From positions 1 to 61,888 of IMG/VR virus record IMGVR_UViG_3300029675_000009: 61,888 nt of DNA; one strand, 5' to 3'. This document shows positions 59,314 through 61,888 of the stretch, piece by piece. The first letter of the stretch is position 1. Every line of letters begins with the position of its first letter. The DNA comes from a virus. The translations under genes and the position numbers were made by a program. The notes under the pieces were generated by a model. The model saw nothing but the letters and a program-made list of their open reading frames with translations, searched no databases and was not told the DNA's origin.

Positions 59314-60516
59314 TTAAAATCCTAACTCCTCCTTCGAGTACAGTCTTGTTGTTAATACTTTTCCTAGAAGCTTGCCTATCGTCCAATAACGTGCCCCATC
59401 GATAAGATGGTTATACCCGTCAATAGGCTCATTGATAAATTTACCGTCCTTGTTTTGGGCGTATACATAGTTCCTAAGCTCTTTTATCAAGTTTAAAGAT
59501 CTCTTGGTGACACAAATCTTATACTCCATCATCTTGATAATACCTCCCATAACAGATCCCTTGTACTTGTCCGCAGGGTATATGATTATCCCCGCATTTG
59601 ATATTTCTTGTATAAGCCTTGGATCGGCGCTGTCAGCGTAAACCACCAAGCCTAGGTCTTTCAATACCTTAATAATCTCCTTGGTTAACATATGGGTACG
59701 GTAACATTTCTCGTCAAGATATAACCTATCATCAACCAATCCGCATCTAACTATAGCGGTAGGGTCATAGCTATATCCAAAGTCAAGCCCTAACGCCACA
59801 TGCTTGGCATAGGAAGGGAACTCGTCCACGATCTCGAAATCAGGGAACACCAACCCTTCGGCCATCGCCCGCTGCCCTAACCCATAAACCGCCCAAAGCA
59901 CCTTATTCTTATTCTTCAATGACTCTATCTCATCGATGATTGTTTGCTCTAAAAAAGGATTGTCCTTATAAGTGGATATAAAATGATACGTCCTAGGGTC
60001 ATTGTTCAGATCGCAAATCCAGTGCTCGTCACTGAACGACGGGTTATAATCAATGACAGAGAAAAGAGTGGTACGCATCACCAGTTGCTGCCACTCAAGA
60101 TAAGATATCTCATTTCCCTCGTTACAATAAAGTATATCACGTTTCCTTCCTCTTATCTTCTGCTCATCATCCGTGGAAAAGAACTCCACGAATGATCCAT
60201 TTGGGAACGAGTAAACCATCTCCGACTTGTTCATGCACCTATTATCCCATATACGGAACTTATCGATCATGATTTCCTTGAAATCCCGGAAGACAGATCC
60301 CTTCAGCGCCGGCAATGTCTTCCTCACGATAGATAGAGACAGCTTAGGGTTATGAAGGATATACGCTATAAGGAATATCAATATGTTATAAGTTTTACTG
60401 CTCCTTGAAGATCCTTGGGCAGATATAATCTTATAACCGCTATCCAAAGCGCCCTGTACCTCCGTATATATCCTAGTCGTCTGTATCACCATTGATAACG
60501 TCCTCCCTCTTGTCAA
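59314..60516 (-). CDS. terL: Terminase large subunit
   Basis: 400 aa. The Walker A-like motif is GSSRSSKT, and the C-terminal nuclease motif is DGYNHLIDGARYW. Confidence 0.85.
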   Translation of the reverse strand: MTRGRTLSMVIQTTRIYTEVQGALDSGYKIISAQGSSRSSKTYNILIFLIAYILHNPKLSLSIVRKTLPALKGSVFRDFKEIMIDKFRIWDNRCMNKSEMVYSFPNGSFVEFFSTDDEQKIRGRKRDILYCNEGNEISYLEWQQLVMRTTLFSVIDYNPSFSDEHWICDLNNDPRTYHFISTYKDNPFLEQTIIDEIESLKNKNKVLWAVYGLGQRAMAEGLVFPDFEIVDEFPSYAKHVALGLDFGYSYDPTAIVRCGLVDDRLYLDEKCYRTHMLTKEIIKVLKDLGLVVYADSADPRLIQEISNAGIIIYPADKYKGSVMGGIIKMMEYKICVTKRSLNLIKELRNYVYAQNKDGKFINEPIDGYNHLIDGARYWTIGKLLGKVLTTRLYSKEELGF

Positions 60517-61018
60517 TAACCTGAATAGTTATGGATTTATCCTCGCCATCTATATTGACCTCCGATTTGACAGGCGCATCCCATCCCATCATCTTCGAAA
60601 GGCGATCCAAAGCGTCTATCTTGGAATACATCTTTACCTCAAAGCCCTTATCCGTACTTTTGACCGATTGGATAGCTAATTGGAAAGACAAAGGCAGTTT
60701 AGACAAATCTTTTATCAAGAAGATCACATAGTTCTTTCCCCTCTTGATTTGCAACATATCCACGACATTGGCCCGTGCTATATTCTTAAGGATATCAATA
60801 GCCTCGTCTTTGGTTATATCCGATCTTCTTTGTAAATCAGCTTGCAACTCTTTTACCCTTACCGCTATCTTACCGTTGGCTAGAAGCTCGCAAGCCCTTA
60901 TATTAATAGTCTCGGGTCTCATATTCTCGCAAGAATAAGCACGCCTATACGCCTCGGAAGCATTGCCTGATTCCAAGTAATAATTACAGAACTTCTCTTG
61001 CTTGATTGTCAATTTCAT
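60473..61018 (-). CDS. terS: Terminase small subunit
   Basis: ORF 60473..61117, with the likely start at ATG 61018. MKLTIKQEKFCNYYLESGNASEAYRRAY is a typical small-terminase N terminus. Confidence 0.8.
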   Translation of the reverse strand: MKLTIKQEKFCNYYLESGNASEAYRRAYSCENMRPETINIRACELLANGKIAVRVKELQADLQRRSDITKDEAIDILKNIARANVVDMLQIKRGKNYVIFLIKDLSKLPLSFQLAIQSVKSTDKGFEVKMYSKIDALDRLSKMMGWDAPVKSEVNIDGEDKSITIQVIDKREDVINGDTDD

Positions 61019-61143
61019 GTCTTTGCCTTGAATAAAGATCAAGACCAAAGTTATGTCATCGATATTTATGGTCATAAATAAAGAAAGGGCGATTCGTGAC
61101 AACAGGTAGAATGTCACGAATTACCCCTAAAAAACCACAAAAT

Positions 61144-61560
61144 TTATTTGGTCTTACCCAGCCGAATCGATATCTCAGAGAAAATACGCTCTATATCTTG
61201 CCTAAAGTACTTATACAATTGATAAGAAAAAACTATGCCATTGATATTATTGGAAACGACTGTCTTCTCCTTAATCCCTAGCACGTTCCCTAGTTTTTCT
61301 CTCAACCCAGCCTTCATCTTACCGCCAGCCAAGGTCATAGGAGAATAAAGATATAATATTATGAATATGAATTTTTTCCTTTGCGGTACATTCCCTTTAG
61401 GGATTGGCTTTCCTCCGAGGGCTATCTCCTTGAACCACTCATATAGGGTATCGATCATACCCAAGTCGGTTAACACAGGTTTAGCGATCTCCGATTCACG
61501 CTCAGAGAGTCTGTACTTTTGCTCACGAATGGATTTGAGCTCAAAAATATTTGAAAACAT
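61144..61560 (-). CDS. Hypothetical protein (first gene of the minus-strand late operon)
   Basis: ORF track, 138 aa. Confidence 0.5.
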   Translation of the reverse strand: MFSNIFELKSIREQKYRLSERESEIAKPVLTDLGMIDTLYEWFKEIALGGKPIPKGNVPQRKKFIFIILYLYSPMTLAGGKMKAGLREKLGNVLGIKEKTVVSNNINGIVFSYQLYKYFRQDIERIFSEISIRLGKTK

Positions 61561-61593
61561 ATTTTCGTAACTTTAAGTTACGCACCTGTCCCG

Positions 61594-61601
61594 CAAATAT
61601 A
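61594..61601 (-). promoter_or_regulatory. Candidate -7 box (TATATTTG on the minus strand) for the late operon
   Basis: The plus strand reads CAAATATA, 34 nt upstream of ATG 61560. The hairpin CGTAAC/GTTACG (61566-61582) lies in the short 5' UTR. Confidence 0.45.
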
Positions 61602-61730
61602 ATGAATAATATACATGACGGCTACACTGTATCCATAAAATATGTTATTGATCATAATTGGGAGTTGAGAAGGAAAAACGTTATATTTGTCACGATGGAG
61701 AATTAAGACATCAAAAATCCTATAAAAAAA

Positions 61731-61888
61731 CGCCTTTTACGTGTATTTTTACGTGCAGTAACAAAAACAGCCCTGACAATCAGCAGATTACCAAGGCTGT
61801 TGTGGAGATGGAGAGACCATAACTTATACTGTCATACATTATCAAACAATATCATATGCGCTCATGTTCAACGATTTCATGTGTTTTT
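61731..61888. repeat. Terminal direct repeat, copy 2
   Basis: Identical to nt 1-158. Confidence 0.95.

Overview
The window is a complete phage genome with about 61.73 kb of unique sequence. Nt 1-158 are repeated exactly at 61731-61888, which indicates either a circular assembly overlap or a physical terminal repeat. Gene content and promoter type point to a temperate siphovirus-like phage of a Bacteroidales-type host: TAnnTTTG -7 boxes with upstream TTTG, and DUF4494/DUF4373-like proteins. The plus strand (0.2-24.7 kb) carries the integrase, a CI-like switch, recombination genes (ERF, SSB-like, VRR-NUC), replication genes (DUF4373-like initiator, DnaB), YopX, ASCH and antirepressors. The minus strand (61.6 to 24.9 kb) carries TerS/TerL, portal, scaffold, capsid, tail and tape measure genes. 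It then carries a 1456-aa tail-tip protein, a diversity-generating retroelement (DGR), holin/lysin, HicAB and a block of unknown genes. A roughly 5.8-kb AT-rich accessory island (42.1-48.0 kb), bounded by terminators, splits the tail module. Its genes include toxin-antitoxin genes, a second repressor with three phased operators, antirepressors and a YbjQ-domain protein. The DGR is clearly supported: a 117-nt TR/VR pair has 16 mismatches, all at TR adenines. The least explained signals are as follows. (1) A three-copy family of promoter-proximal structured RNA leaders combines a long-range helix, a terminator helix and a copy of the 5' arm at the start codon; the three copies differ in sequence but share the architecture. 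(2) A hairpin with an identical 15-nt apical sequence and unrelated basal stems occurs twice next to tRNA-type genes. (3) A set of expanded or degenerate tRNA-like RNAs accompanies one tRNA that has an 8-nt anticodon loop. (4) One protein contains 20 near-perfect 24-nt tandem repeats. All coordinates and pairings were derived by hand from the sequence, and no database search was run.
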